Source: Octopus vulgaris (lineage: Eukaryota). From it: DNA of 64,000 bases. The notes beneath the pieces were generated by a model, which was not told where the DNA came from, searched no databases, and worked only from the letters and a program-made list of their open reading frames with translations. Below are positions 41,124 through 55,545 of this stretch, piece after piece. A program made the translations under genes and the position numbers. The stretch spans positions 176,700,001 through 176,764,000 of the forward strand of contig OX597815.1 in the NCBI GenBank assembly GCA_951406725.2, in the 5' to 3' direction. Numbering within the stretch: position 1 is the first letter of the stretch; the number at the start of each line of letters is the position of its first letter.

Positions 41124-41209
41124 ACTTTCGACATATGTTTCGAAGATTTCACTGATATTATTCAAAAGAATAAATGGTATAAACAATGCAATCTTCTCTT
41201 CAGAAAAGT
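41124..41209 (-). ncRNA. Type I hammerhead ribozyme with complete canonical core
   Basis: Minus strand ACTTTT-CTGAAGA-GAAGATT...AATCTTC-GAAA-CATATG-TC-GAAAGT. Stem I 6 bp, stem II 7 bp plus extension, palindromic stem III ACATATGT, GUC cleavage site (cut between 41130 and 41129). Confidence 0.85.
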
Positions 41210-43309
41210 GAAAAAACGAAACTCGTCCATAAGACATTTTAGCAAAAAGTAATGGATATGTATAGTGATTTACTGAGCGCTATTAATATATATTTGCTAA
41301 TAAATGATATGAAAATATACATTCAAAACCAAATATATTGTAACGTTTTTTAAGTGCTGATTTTTCCCTCAAATCGTCCATTATATTTCTAGCCATCTTC
41401 ATAGAACACCGCAAGAAGTAGAAAGAAACAAGCACCGCCCTTGTGTCACATCTATTTCCTATTGAAAGCAGCTCATTCACTTTGTTGATAATATTTGAAA
41501 TAAATCTCTTGTTCGGCTGATGAGTAAAAACTCCTAGAAATGGATGTGAGAAGATTGTTTAAGTCTGCTGGAAAATTAACATAGACGCTTATATTTATAT
41601 TAATAATTGCTTACAAAATATTCGAACTCCTTTAGATGTCACTCATAAATCATGTATCATGTATCTGATATCTGTAATGGTGGAAGTTTATCTGTAACAT
41701 GTGACGCGCATGAAAATATGAATATATAGTATAGTTAGATAGTTAAAATAGGTAAAATGAATATGTAGGTAACATGGAAGAACCAGATTATTGTCGGCAA
41801 TTCATTTGCTACTAAGTCAAGTTATATACATGACGCAAACATATAATATGTAAAGATAAAAGCAAGCTCACATTTATCAAATGGCCAATTGTTTCCATAG
41901 ATATTTGTTTATGATTTTATATGTTATCTCCTATAGAAATACTCTGTAAAAGTCCATGTGGAACACACATAAAAGAAAGTTTGTTAGAGTAATTGAATTA
42001 AATATAAAATGCTATGAAATACAAAAATTTCTCCCTGTTTCAGTTTTGTCTCCGCTTCATAAATTTTAGAAATGCATTTTTCACATATGCAGCAACTATG
42101 AACATTTCGAGAGCGATGAACTTGTTCGTGTGATTTCCATGCTTTTCACAAGTGCTTTATATGCCCACACATTAATTTATATTGCCTGTAGTTGTAAGGA
42201 AATGAGTATGCAATGTTATGTTTTAATTATAAATAGAGGTCAGATTATGCTGTAAAGAGCAAATACGTCATTTCCTATTTAAAAATAATAATATCCAAAT
42301 ACATCTATGGAGGTTGTAAAAAGTTTACGATTTTGATATGATTCAATGAAGAATCTCTATCGTTAGTTCACTTCACAAGAAAACAAGTTTTATATCGAGA
42401 TATTTGCTAAGACGTAAACGTAACCTTAATACGTTGAACTGAACGCAGTGATGCGCGCTGATCTGCTGCATTAAATACGCCATTAAATTTCAAGATTAAA
42501 CACTGAATATATTGTGTACTATGAGGTTTATACATGGTTTAATTACACTGTGTTACTATTTCAGCTAATATAAATAGACGGCATTGAGTTAGAGGTTAAA
42601 TATAAATAGTAATTCTATTCATGCAATGATCAAATGCTGGAAAATAGATCAAAAGTAAAATGAAATAAGACAGAAAAATGTTCAATAAAGTGTCACTTGG
42701 TAATTGATACGGCTTCATAATAAAGAAGTGTGTTTATTACTCTTCAAATATTTAACGTTCAGAGGAGTTCTAAGCAAATTTCAAAACCATGTTGTCAATT
42801 ATTAGACTAATACTTCGGTATAAACCTGACACTTCTAAACGTAGCGTACTGCACTTCCTCGGAGGATAATATAGATATTTTATAGAAAAGTTCCTGAAAG
42901 AATATTGATAAATTTTTCAAATAAATTCACAATTAATTGTACTAAATATAGTAAGATATATTTGTTTATTTTGACCCAAATAACACCAGGGAGCTTTAAT
43001 CTACTGTACTTTTAGATGCGATGGAAGATAAAGTGTTAACATTCAAAACCTAAGACAACAATTTTGGAAATCCGAAGTTTTCCTGTAACCACAAGGCAGA
43101 AGAGAGAATATTGAAGCGCTGCGGCTTGGGCAAGGAAAATATATGAAGGTAACAGGCAAAGTAATTTTGATTATCACTGAAAAGAATATTCGCCAATTAG
43201 ATACACAAAATTACCATGTTTGGTAGTAAAAATTGCACACGCATACACACACACAGAGATACATATGAATGTATTATGTATGTATGTATGGATGTGTGTA
43301 TGAATGGAT

Positions 43310-43562
43310 GGTGGTTTGTCCACATTGCTCCTTTAAGGAGCACAGGGACAGTTTCCCGGTTTCTCTGGTGTGTACCGCCCCCGCCAGGATGGGACGCCGG
43401 TCCATTGCAGGGTTGGTACTCAATTGTACCAGCTGACTGGACAAAAGCAACGTGAAAGGAAGGGCTTTGCTCAAGAAAGTAACGCATCGCCCGGTCTAGG
43501 AATGGAAACCATAATCTTACGCCACGAACCCAACATCTTAAGCACAGAGCTATGCACCTTCA
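43310..43562 (-). mobile_element. Degraded tRNA-derived SINE (V-domain-like tail)
   Basis: Decayed tRNA head, ttcttgagcaaagccct, ctgcaatggaccggcgtcccatcc..gaaaccggg. Confidence 0.5.
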
Positions 43563-43625
<63 letters not shown>

Positions 43626-43635
43626 TATATATATA

Positions 43636-43694
<59 letters not shown>

Positions 43695-44113
43695 ATAGAA
43701 AGTTTAAAGTCGAAAGAATCGACTGCAGTACATATCTTCTTTCTAATCCTGGCACTTATTCTATTGGTCCCTCTTGCCCAACCGCTAAGTTATGGTGACA
43801 TAAACGCACCAACGCTGATTATTAAGCGGTGGTGGCGGACGAACATACACATACGCACACACACACACACAAATGCGACGGACTCCTTTCAGTCTCCGTC
43901 TACCAAATCCACTCACAAAGCGATATTAGAAGACATTTGTCGAAGCTGCCACGGTAAGAGGTTCGAGCAAATCTCTCACCGCACATTCACAACAGCTCAA
44001 CAATTTGTAACAACTTTAGTAACAGTATCATCTTGCATCAAATTCCACGTATGTGCACTGCTCCTGTAAATAACTGTAGTTGAAGCAAATGATGCAACTA
44101 AATTATTAGAAAC

Positions 44114-44528
44114 CTGTTTATTAGCAAAGGCTTGTGTTGCGTAAATTTTAATGAAAATTTCTGAAGGATGGCGAACACTTTCTTTTCTCATCCAATGTAG
44201 AGTCTTTTCAATTGAACGTAGGAAGGTTTCCTTGAAATAACTGCAACAGCTGCCTGTTGGAAATGACTCTTGTTAATATCTGCATAAATGTATACTAAAT
44301 ATCTAAGTAATATGTCTTTCATAGTCAGTTATCAATAAAACCATAATATATGTGAATAGATACGAGATGGAATAAGGATTACATCTTTTGTGCTCTTCTG
44401 ATTCGGATTCTATCAGCACTAACGATGTCTTTCTCCTCGATTCATGTGGAGTGACATTCGCACTCATAGAATTTGTGAATGGAACAGCAGAAGATGGAGA
44501 AAATGTCACCCGAGGTTTCAGAGAAAAA
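44114..44528 (-). CDS. Candidate two-exon coding segment of an unidentified gene or pseudogene
   Basis: Exon 44528-44383 and exon 44279-44114 join in frame across a 103-nt GT-AG intron: FSLKPRVTFSPSSAVPFTNSMSANVTPHESRRKTSLVLIESESEEHKR-Y-INKSHFQQAAVAVISRKPSYVQLKKTLHWMRK...; no recognised domain. Confidence 0.3.
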
Positions 44529-44619
44529 CTATACTACATTAATCACACACACGCACACACGCGCGTGTGTGCATTATAATTCAAACATAGTCACACATAT
44601 ATATGCATATATATATATG

Positions 44620-44655
<36 letters not shown>

Positions 44656-44801
44656 CATATATATGTGTATATATATATATACATATATGCATATATGTAT
44701 GCATATATATAGATATATATGTGTGTATATATACATGTATATATATATATACATATATGCATATATGTATACTTATATATACATATATATGTATATATAT
44801 A

Positions 44802-44854
<53 letters not shown>

Positions 44855-45035
44855 GAGAGAGGGAGAGTTTACAAAAAAACAAAAGACGAAGACAGGTGCT
44901 GTACAAAACAAACAGATGTATTAGTATAACGCTCAGGAATAGAAAAAGTATTTTACCTTTCAGCCGCTCTGCAGAAAGAACACAGAAAAAGGGAGAGAAA
45001 AAAAGAAAGAAAAAAAAGAGAGAAAAAATATATGC

Positions 45036-45090
<55 letters not shown>

Positions 45091-46177
45091 TATATATATA
45101 TACACATGCATATATATGTATATATATATATATATATATATACATATATGCATATATGTATGTCTGCATGTATATAGCTGCATTCATACATACATACGAC
45201 ATTAGTCAGTTTCATTTCAAGATTTCTGTCCAAGAGAGAAAGAGCCAGTTTCTAACGAAGTTCCAAAGCTCCTTCATTGAAATTTCAACAACATCAACAT
45301 GGTATTTGTGAATGTATGTGTGCATGGGTGCAGCATGTGGCATCCCCACATGTGCAGATTTGAATGTTTTTATATATTATGCATGTATTCGCATGCGTAC
45401 AGTTGGATGTCTAGACACGCATAAATATATAAATACTAAACTTCTGGAGAGTCTTAGAAACTTCGACAGTTCAATTGATGGCTGTAAATGAACAAAGATG
45501 ATTCAGTCAGCTGGGTTCCTGAACATTCAGGTTTCCGATGTGTTTCGTTTGCTCATTGAATTAGCGTGTACCTGGTTGCGTATTCCATAGACGCGCGTCC
45601 AATGTAATTTTCAGGGAAGACCACTATAACACTGTGTATGGCAATGATCTATCTTTGAAATAGAAGTACAATCCCTCCAGCAGGCTTTTTTCCATTTTTC
45701 GCTCATCTGATTTATTTCACAATATATCGGCTGACCAAATGCTACAGATAATACTGTCTAATATACCACTCATCTGAATCCACTCTAGGATGGTTATGAG
45801 GCGAATATCTTTAGTATTTAGCATTTTTGCAAATACGCATACACATATGCACAAACAATAAACAACCCATCCACACACATACACACACACATTCAGACAA
45901 ACACACAAATACTACACACACGTGTATTCGAATCTGTTTACATACCCAAACAATTCAGATGTCATCAAGGAACAAGAAAGGGAAATATAATCGGTTGAGC
46001 ATCCTACAGTGCTGTCTGTGAACATTTAGATTCATCCTCCTTACGGTACACTAGAGAAACAATATTATTTCTCCGTGTCCAAAAAGCACGCAACATTCCG
46101 TTGCTTTAGCAGAGATGAGGTACTTTTTCTACCTTCCACAAAATAATGTTTAACTATAACTATTTGTAGAATACTAC

Positions 46178-46235
<58 letters not shown>

Positions 46236-46445
46236 ATAGAAGCCTCAATGATGATATAAGGTTATACACGGGCGCTCAACTCTCAGTGCATTGCATATTA
46301 CAGCAGAAACGACGGTAAACCAATGAAATTTGACATAATGGTTTACTTCCTTGTCCACTTTAAATTCTGACACACATACACATATACACATGTAAGTACA
46401 CACGCAGGCGCGCAGAGAGACACACATGTATATCTCTATATACAC

Positions 46446-46509
<64 letters not shown>

Positions 46510-46534
46510 TTTATATAAAAGCTGCAGAAATATC

Positions 46535-46585
46535 ACAAAAGCTGTTACTCAGAGTTTCATGTTCCCGTTCGTCGGATAGTTTTGT
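46535..46585 (-). ncRNA. Degenerate type I hammerhead motif (U4C core variant)
   Basis: Minus strand ACAAAACTAT-CCGACGA-ACG(GGAA)CAT-GAAA-CTC(T)GAG-TA-ACAGCTTTTGT; mismatches in stems I and II; next to (TA)n. Confidence 0.6.
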
Positions 46586-47871
46586 TAGAATCTAATATAT
46601 ATATGACAAAATAACAAATATTGGAGCTAATTTTTTTCTTCCGTTTTACTTCGTAGCAGTGCTTTCTATTCTTTTACGCCTGGCTGGCTTTGTCATTTAT
46701 CTTCCTCAGAGATGACAGCATAATTATCAGTCACAATAAAATGGCGCATATTAACTCGTAAAATTCAAAATATAGAATGCCCTGAAGGATATTTAATTCA
46801 TCTGTGAGATTTGATCCAAGATACTCTACATCATTTACTTTGATGCAATACCATAGCTGCTCTTATAATTTTAGGATACGTTATTGATTTTTAAATCTTC
46901 TTTTATTTTAAAAACTCTCTGTAGTTTTTCTTTTCAGTGTCTTCTATTTAATGCAATTTCAGATGAAATTTTATACATAGATATATTTATTATGAAGTTT
47001 CCATATCGAATCTGCTTTACTTCCTATATAGCATTCTTTTCACTCACTCGGTGGAATACATTAAAAGACCATAGGTCGCTACATGTATATAGAGATAAAA
47101 ATTAATTTCCCAACAAGAAATTGCAGACCAGTAAGTTAACGATATATATTAATATACTTTTTTCGTTTTGATAATGTATAAAGGTTTCGTGTTTCACATG
47201 TGAATAACAAAGATGAAAGCAAAATGAAAGAGAGCCTTTGCAGAAGGCAAACCTTCTTTATCCGATTGCAATTACCAAACTTTGCTCAAGTAACTAAAGA
47301 GAATTATTTAATGGAAAATGGAAATCGGAAACTGGTGAGGTTTTCTTGTTTTTCTGAATCATTACGACAAACGTATTGGATAGCTTTAATAGTGACTTGC
47401 TTAGATTTTTTCCCCTTCATTGTCACAGTAAAGTTAGCAGAGCCACGAGTAATATAAGACATAAATATCTGACACAGCATCGCTCTTGTAAGATTGATGG
47501 CTGTTATTAAATTCCCTTTTCACTCTGATATCGTTGTTTGTTAATATAGTAGACATTTTACAGACTGGGAAATGTTGCCTTATTAATACATACGATATTC
47601 TTCTAGTCCACTTTCAATCATGGCTAGCAATTATTTTATAATATTCTTAAGAATGCAACAAATTGATATAAATTTTGAGTTGTTAGTGAATCCTACGAGA
47701 GATAGTGACGCTGTAGAATTGCTGAAGCTACGACCGTCATTCGTTGGATCCAGATCAAATTGAGTGAGTCCCACTCGAGCATCCTATTGCAGGCAGTTTG
47801 ATATGTAATCGATGTGATACGCATTGAATGTCTTTGAATCATACACACACAAACACACACACACACAAACA

Positions 47872-47905
<34 letters not shown>

Positions 47906-48158
47906 AATACACGCACACATATAACGATGAATAGAAATCGCATAGTTTACATGTTCGTGCTTTAGATAACTTTTTTTGTTGTTGTTCATGACAGATAGAA
48001 TGGAAGCCAGATAACAGTGAGGCAAATATACATTTTTGAATTATTTACGTGGTGTAAGTTAAAAGAAAAAATTAATTTGAACAATACTTTGAGTTATACG
48101 TTCTGAAGTTTGGTTCAGTTCTCAATCGAATTTTCCTTGAAATACTTTAATAGTTGAA

Positions 48159-48208
<50 letters not shown>

Positions 48209-48239
48209 ATATATACATCTTATATAATGAAACAGAGTT

Positions 48240-48292
<53 letters not shown>

Positions 48293-48329
48293 TCCTTATG
48301 AGTTCGGAAACTAAGTTGCCTATTTTGAC

Positions 48330-49400
48330 GTGTGAGATATCAAAAGATTCAGTAATCTTTCGGCTACCAAATAAAGTATGTTTTTTGTACAATATTTTTT
48401 TTCTTTTACTACAGTAACCTCGAAAACGATGTCCGGTCGCACAATTTTGAGGTCTTTAGCTAAGGGAACCAACTTTGCCTGAACAATCTTAAAATACATG
48501 GAGTTTTACCTGGGAAGGAAATTTTGAAGATATACCGTCGATTTTATGAGTATTATTGAGTAGATAATCGTTTAATGTGAATTATGTTTGTCTGTTTTTT
48601 TTTTTTAGCCCAGAGTTGCCTTTGATGTAAATTTATCTTTCTTTTAATGAAAGAGTATATTTTAAGAAAGATTTAGATGCTATTTGTAGTAGCTCAAGTT
48701 ACTACCGAGACACCTCTGTGTGTGTGTGTGTGTGTGGGGGTCTGTGTATGTGTGTATGTGTTTGTGTGTGTTTTGTTGTAGTCAGAAAAATACTTTATCT
48801 CAGAATATTTTGCCCAAGAAATCTGGCCAAATTTTTTACTGCTAACCATTCAACTTCAAATTACAATTGTTAATTGTTGGAAGTCATGTAGAGTGAAACG
48901 GACATAGAGTGTTATCGTAGAGAGTGGAAGTCAATACGAAGTTTTGAACTCATTATCTTGTGATTAGCCATCAATTACATTAAATTTGTAGCCATTAAGT
49001 TTTTAACAACATAATTTGCATTTCTTAATTTGCTGTTGATATTAAAGTTTGTAACACTCGTGTTCCTTGAAGTGTCTCTGTTAAAGGGGAAAAAAACTTA
49101 TTTTAAATTTTATCGATCTAGTTTCTTTCTCAAGTACATTAGAGTTGAGATATTTCTTTAAAAAAATATTATCAATATTCTCTCGAACATTGCATTTTCG
49201 CATTGGTTACTCTTGTGATTTTGTTTGTACATACTGACCACATCTGCCCAATCAATCACGCCTTTTTCAAAACATTGAATGGTATTTATCGGTTTACTGC
49301 AATACCCTATATGCTTACATTTTGCGAAAACTTTTAGCAATTATACACTTCACCATTGCTTCTTGGTCCTGTAGTAATTATACAGATTGCTTTCTTATTT
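48330..49400 (-). mobile_element. Probable hAT transposase relic
   Basis: FAKCKHIG..CFEKGVIDW..YKQNHKSNQCENAM resembles a TTF-type zinc finger; LAVKNLARFLGQ and LAKDLKIVRPDIVF follow in the expected order. Confidence 0.35.
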
Positions 49401-52400
49401 TTTTTTTGTAAGTAAATATTCCCAACGGGAAAATGAAATCAATTAATAATCGAATAATAAGGGTTTTCTGGCCATATTCAATAAAAATGAACCTATAATT
49501 ATTTCTAACATCAATAAGAACAGTTAAATATCAGTGATCAAGATATATTTTAGGAGTCTGATAGCCTTATTCTCTGGCGATGGGTCCAAGCAGAATGGCT
49601 ACGAAAATACCTAGATTTTTAACCGTCATCGCCAGAAGCATTGCCATCATCATTGCTAGTTTTCTAGTAAATCAACTTTTTGTATAGAAATACTCGCAAA
49701 ATCGTTGGGAGTAAATAATTGATTGTGGTTCAAATATCTTCCAATAGCATTAAGAATGTAGGTGCAATGAAAAGGTGTGAATCATAAATATAAAAAAAGC
49801 CTCGCACTGTTTATTATGAAAATATTTTAGCATTCCTGCACTAAAGCAGATGGTTCAACCAGTCATAATTTATATTATTATGAACGGTATATGTGATGCA
49901 TTTTGTATTCTGCTTGCAATTAAAACTATAGTTCTCGCCTTAACTTCGCACTTGATCATCAACGGTTGGCACAAATTGGTACATACAAGTCATGCGTTGC
50001 TTGGTTGATCAGATCGACCGTTTGTTTCCAGATCCATATCGAAGAAAGAGGCGCTAGCTGAAGATTTGTTGAAGGTGTTTCAATGGTAAGATGGCATCAC
50101 ATTTTTTATTAACATTACAAATTGAAACTCTTTCTCGGAGTATTTGAATCCATTTTAATGAATCCATTTTAATAGTTGCTATTGTTTATATTTTATAATT
50201 GTTATCAATGTAGCAGTTGTACTTTATAGAGTGTGTGTCTTACTTTATCACTCGAAAGCAAAATGGCGTTAAGGATATTACAATTCATCTGGTCTGGTCA
50301 CTTATGATTTTGGGGCTAGGTTGAGATCTTTTATGCAATTATACATTAATTACATTTCGTGGTAGGAATTGTGAAGAAGTAGAGTATTTAAGAAAAATTA
50401 AAATTAAACGGCGAAATAAATTCACAACTAAATTAACAATGGACTTAAGAGAGCATTAAATGCCAAGTATCTCTGAAGTTACATCAACTCAAAATACATC
50501 ATTTATAACTGAAGTTTTAATGAATCGAAAGTGATACATGGTTTCTTTGTTTTTGATGAATTTGAACATTTTTATTTAAGTATCTCGATGCAATTTCCGG
50601 TAACATATGATTCAAACTGTAACTATTAATGGCCTAAGAACCTTTTTAAGCTTAATCCTATTCATCGTCGTCTGTTAGTCTATTTTGGTTGCTAGCAAAC
50701 AACAGAAATGAAAGGTTAGCATAAACTATTATGCTATTTGATGCCTTGTATTCGATGAAACTAAGATGAGAGTGAAACCTCGGCAACAATGAATGACTTT
50801 TGCATGCTGGTAACAAGTCAATGTGTTGCAGTGTGATGTAGTTGATTGTACATCACCAGTATCGATTTTATTGACACCCTCTTTTTAAATCTTCGAAACT
50901 TTTGATATAGTAAAAATGTAACTGTTCGCTTCTGAAAATAACATTCAGGGGCAATCGAATGCGCCCGTATTTTTGCTGCAATCCTAAGGAATATTTTATC
51001 AAGTTAAAATCATAGACTGCATCGACCTCACTGGTATTGGAGAATTTGCAAAAGTCAAGGGCACATTCCTTTTCTCATGACGTGCCATATAGATAAACAG
51101 TCTTCGTATGTCTCCGCTTTCGTAGATACCAAATGTGACAAGCCTCAAGCCTTATAATAAAATTGATGGTAACAACAAAGCAGAATATTTAGTAAAGAGG
51201 ATAATGAATATTCACGACAAACAGTAACATTTAACAATTTAGGAAAAAAATGATCACAATATAATTATCAAAACAGAAAACCAAGTAATAAGGTTTTTTA
51301 AAAATGATATATGAAGGGTATGTTTAAAATGACTTCATATTGCCCTTAATATTGTATAAAATAGATTAATTTGCATAACGTGCCGTTAAATCCATATGCA
51401 AAAGGGGGATTATATCATAGCATATGATCTAGTTTTGACAAGTGTGCGTACCAACTGAAACAACCACAAAGACTTAACTATGCGTTGATCAATCCAGGGG
51501 AGCGCTTACCTTAAAAACCTCATGCTGCCTATTATAGCTATTGTAAATAAATTAATATTTATAAATGAAGCGCTGTGTTGTAATTTAGATTAACAATGAA
51601 ATCCAACTAATTTAACTTTCCTCAATCATACTCAGAAAAATGTTATGAGCTACACTGCACTCACGTTAAACAACATCACTTTAAGTCGATTTTATTGAGA
51701 ATGCACTCATGTAAGAATAACCGGATCTATTACCCCAACTCGTTTTGTTGAAGGTTTTTCACAACGCATTTATTGCTGGGGAAGGCCGTTCCTACCTCTG
51801 CATTTGATTTCGTTGTTTGTGAAGCAAATATTTTCATCGCTGTTTAGCGAAAGCACAAAGCAGCAACTATCTAAAAATTGTGGCATGGTTTCAATTTCCG
51901 GTTGAAACTCCTTCATTTTATCGACACAGAAGAAGATAAAAATTTCAGTATGCCTACTTCTCATGTAATATAGGGTCTTAACATCTACACAAAAGACTGG
52001 AAAATCAATAACCATCAATGCTGTAACTTTCTGCAGTTTGTATGTTTCTCAGTATAGATTCCTTGTTGAAACTATTTCATTCTACTTAAGACGCTAATGC
52101 CCTTAAAAAATAGGATAGCATCATAACTTCCGATTTCTCTTTCCCTATAAACGTAAGTGGTTTTCGAAGACCAGTTACGTTTCATTTCTGCATTTAATCA
52201 AATATTATATTTCAGAAAGTAATATAGCTTCGCATATGGACAGGGATATATTTAATTTCCTTTTTATTGTGTCTAAAGAAATATTTCCTGTGGTGCTTCT
52301 GTATGCACAACCATATTAAAGATAAACAAACCTCTTATGAAATTAAAATACAATTTTTTTTAAAGTAGAAGGGGAGAACATGCAACGAAAAACCATGAAA

Positions 52401-54419
52401 TTCATTTTATTACTTGCTAGAGAAAACAATATCGTTTGCAATTTCGTTTTCTCAATAAAATGAATAAACATATCAATTTCGCCCAGTTCAGGCTGTAGGA
52501 TTCAATACTCAGGTTTCGTGAGCAAACTTCCGGTATTATCTTCTATCTTTTTACTTTTCTTTTATTTTTTTTTACGTGTTTCAGACTTTGGCCATGCTGG
52601 AGCACCACCTTGAAGAGTTTTAGTCGAATGAATCGACCCCCCCCCCACCAGTCCTTATATTATGTCTGCTGTTTATTCCAACGATTTCTTTGGCCGAACA
52701 GTTACCTAATGGGAACATGAACAAACCGGCACCGGTTATCAAGCGATGGTGTGGGACAAAGACACAAAGACAAACACACACATACGCACACACGCATACA
52801 CGCACACACACACATATACACGACACAATTCTTTCAGTGTCCGGCTACCAAATCCATTCAGAAAGCGTTGACGGACTGAGGCTAGAGTACTGACACTAAC
52901 CCAAGATGCCACACAGTAGGACTGTACTCGGAAGCAGGCGGTTGGGAGGCAAGCTTCTCACCACTCAGCCACACCTGCGCCTATATTCTTACCTGTAGTT
53001 CGTAAAAGCACAAATATTTCATGTGCTTTCTTTAATTATTATGATGAGTATACTCCGTTTTGTGTTAAATTAATAATGATTTCTATTTTGACTTCGTTCT
53101 GTTCAAATCGTAGACATTTTCTAATTTACCAATTCTTAAGAAAAGTTGATCAACCAATAAACCGAAAGGAAAACAAAAAAAAAAAGTCAAGCGGCCGATC
53201 AGTAGTAATACTTCTTCGACCGTCTTGTGAATGGTACCAGGACACAATACCTGTATCTAAATATGTTTGCTGGCGCTAGCTTTTATAAAATAGGTGACAG
53301 AATTACACAGGTACTTACTTCATTGATTATAATTAAGGTGTGTTATGAAGAAGAAGCGAGATAGTGTCGTGTAAATATATCCTTGTATTTCTTTCCGTTC
53401 TTCTAGATTAAGCTTGGTTTGACTTTGCTTTTCTTGGTATTCCAAGAGTTCGCATGCTGTATTGACATGTTTGATATTCTATCGTGTCTAAATCCATTTA
53501 TTTTCATTCACAAATTTAATGTTGGTAAATAATTGTAAGTAATTAGCACCATAGCTGATAATGCACTTTAAGTACACGAACAAATATTATGTATAAATAT
53601 ATAACGAAAGCAAGGTTCCGAGTCTGGATTGAATTTAATATGATTATCATGCAAATACTCTCCAAGAAAGACATGTAAACAACTTCCGTTTTAACAGCAG
53701 CTTGTTAAATTCTAATATATTTACAGCGTTATTAGAAACAAATGGACAAGAAAAAGAAAACAGAAAATGTAGTCCACCCGTGACGGTCACATCGTTTGTA
53801 CCTGAAAAACAATATTGTTCAATATAAACTTTACGATGAGATTTGCGAGAGTCTGAGACACCTAATTGTTTTGTGCTTACCTAACCATCACGTGACTAAT
53901 TTGAAATATTGTTTGATGCTAAAGAAAGTATTTGTCATACCTGTACTACGTATGTTCCATTATTTATGCAAATCTAGGTATTTCGCTCAAAACATGCAAA
54001 ATATAGGAGTGAGTAAAAACGAAACAGTGCAATATGTTTTGAATTACTTTCAATTTGCAAAATTTCTTTCTCTCCATATGATTTAAGGCGCCACATTTTA
54101 ATGACGGCAAATAAATTTCTACAAACTATAAATTCCAAAATGCTTTTGTTGAGAGAAATTAGAATAAATATCCGTGTCTAGATCCCAACTTTCGATGCAT
54201 GGATATACGCTCTTTTGCAATTGAAGCTATTCCTAATCAAAATATCTCTAGAGTTATTTATTCCGGGAGATCTTCTTACCTGTGTGACAGCTTACTTGAA
54301 GATGGTGGATATAGGCTATGATGTAGTCTATGACTACATCAATAAAATTCTGCTGAACCAGCTGTCCTAAATTCCTAAATATTAAACCTCATTTATGTTC
54401 TATATACATGCATACATGA

Positions 54420-55545
54420 TGGCCGTCCACTTGTAACCGAGGAGAAAATATTACTGTTCACAGCAAAAGCTTTTCGCAGCCTGGTGCGAACAAAGTTTCA
54501 GATGATGATCAGAAGGAAAGAAAGAAGAGGACCAGTTGGCATTCCTTGGCGTCTAAATGTCCATAAGATATATGATGCTGTGTTGAGGAAAGAGCTTCAG
54601 ACTCGCTTGTCCAGCATTGAAAATACTACAATATGGGAAAATTTTCGAGACCAGGTTTTTCAATGTGCTGCTGAAACACTGGGATGTGCTACTACCAAGA
54701 CACAGAGACTGGTTTGATTAAAATGATGCTGAAGTTCGGACACTATTGGTTGTAAAGCGCCATGCCTACAATGTATTGCTTTACAGAGGACTTTCAGATG
54801 TGCAGCGAAATCTAGCACTTGCCCACTATAGCAGTGTAAAATCACTACTGCAGCGATCTCTCAGGAAGGTGCAGAACACTTGGTGGGAGGATCTTGCTCA
54901 TGATTTTCATGCTGATGCATAGGACAGCAAGAAGCTTTACTATCTTATTAGGCAAATGTATGGGCCTAAGAGCTCTGCATCAGCTCCTTTGCTTTCCAAG
55001 GAGACTTTTACTCTATTTACTAAATCAACAAAGAACACTTTTTTTCTGAACTTCTACACCATGAGTTATTTGTGGACGAACCAGTGATTGACAATTTACA
55101 ACAGAGACATGTCATTAGCTCTTTAAATTCCAAGACCTCAATAGATGCGGGAGCTATAATGACAGCTATAAGTAAATTGAACCTTTGTAAGGCACCTGGT
55201 AATGTTGGTATTTGTGCTGAAGTCCTGCTATTTGGTGGTGATCACAACTCATACTCTCTTCCTGAACTTATTAGCGTAATCTGGAGAGATGGTGCTATGA
55301 GCAGAATATGGATCTTGACCAGGTATTCATTGATTTAACCAAGGCCTTTCATACTGTGGATAGGGCCTCCCTATAGAAAATACTTGGCAAAACTTGGATG
55401 CCTGGATCACTTTGTGTCAATAATTAAATCATTTCATGATGGGATGGAGGCTTGGGTCAATGTTGGTGGTGGCATGGCGGGACTCATTTTTGTAGCAAAT
55501 GGTATCAAGCAAGGTGACATCCTTCCCCAAGTCTCTTTTCTCTGT
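54420..55545 (+). mobile_element. RTE (BovB-like) LINE relic
   Basis: WENFRDQVFQCAAETLG, NLCKAPGNVGICAEVL, FIDLTKAFHTVDRASL, KLGCLDHFVSIIKSFHDGM, NGIKQGDILP. Confidence 0.85.

Noticed and set aside
41510-41555. CTGATGA...GAAA on the + strand
   Set aside because: Stem II is out of register and stems I and III are absent.
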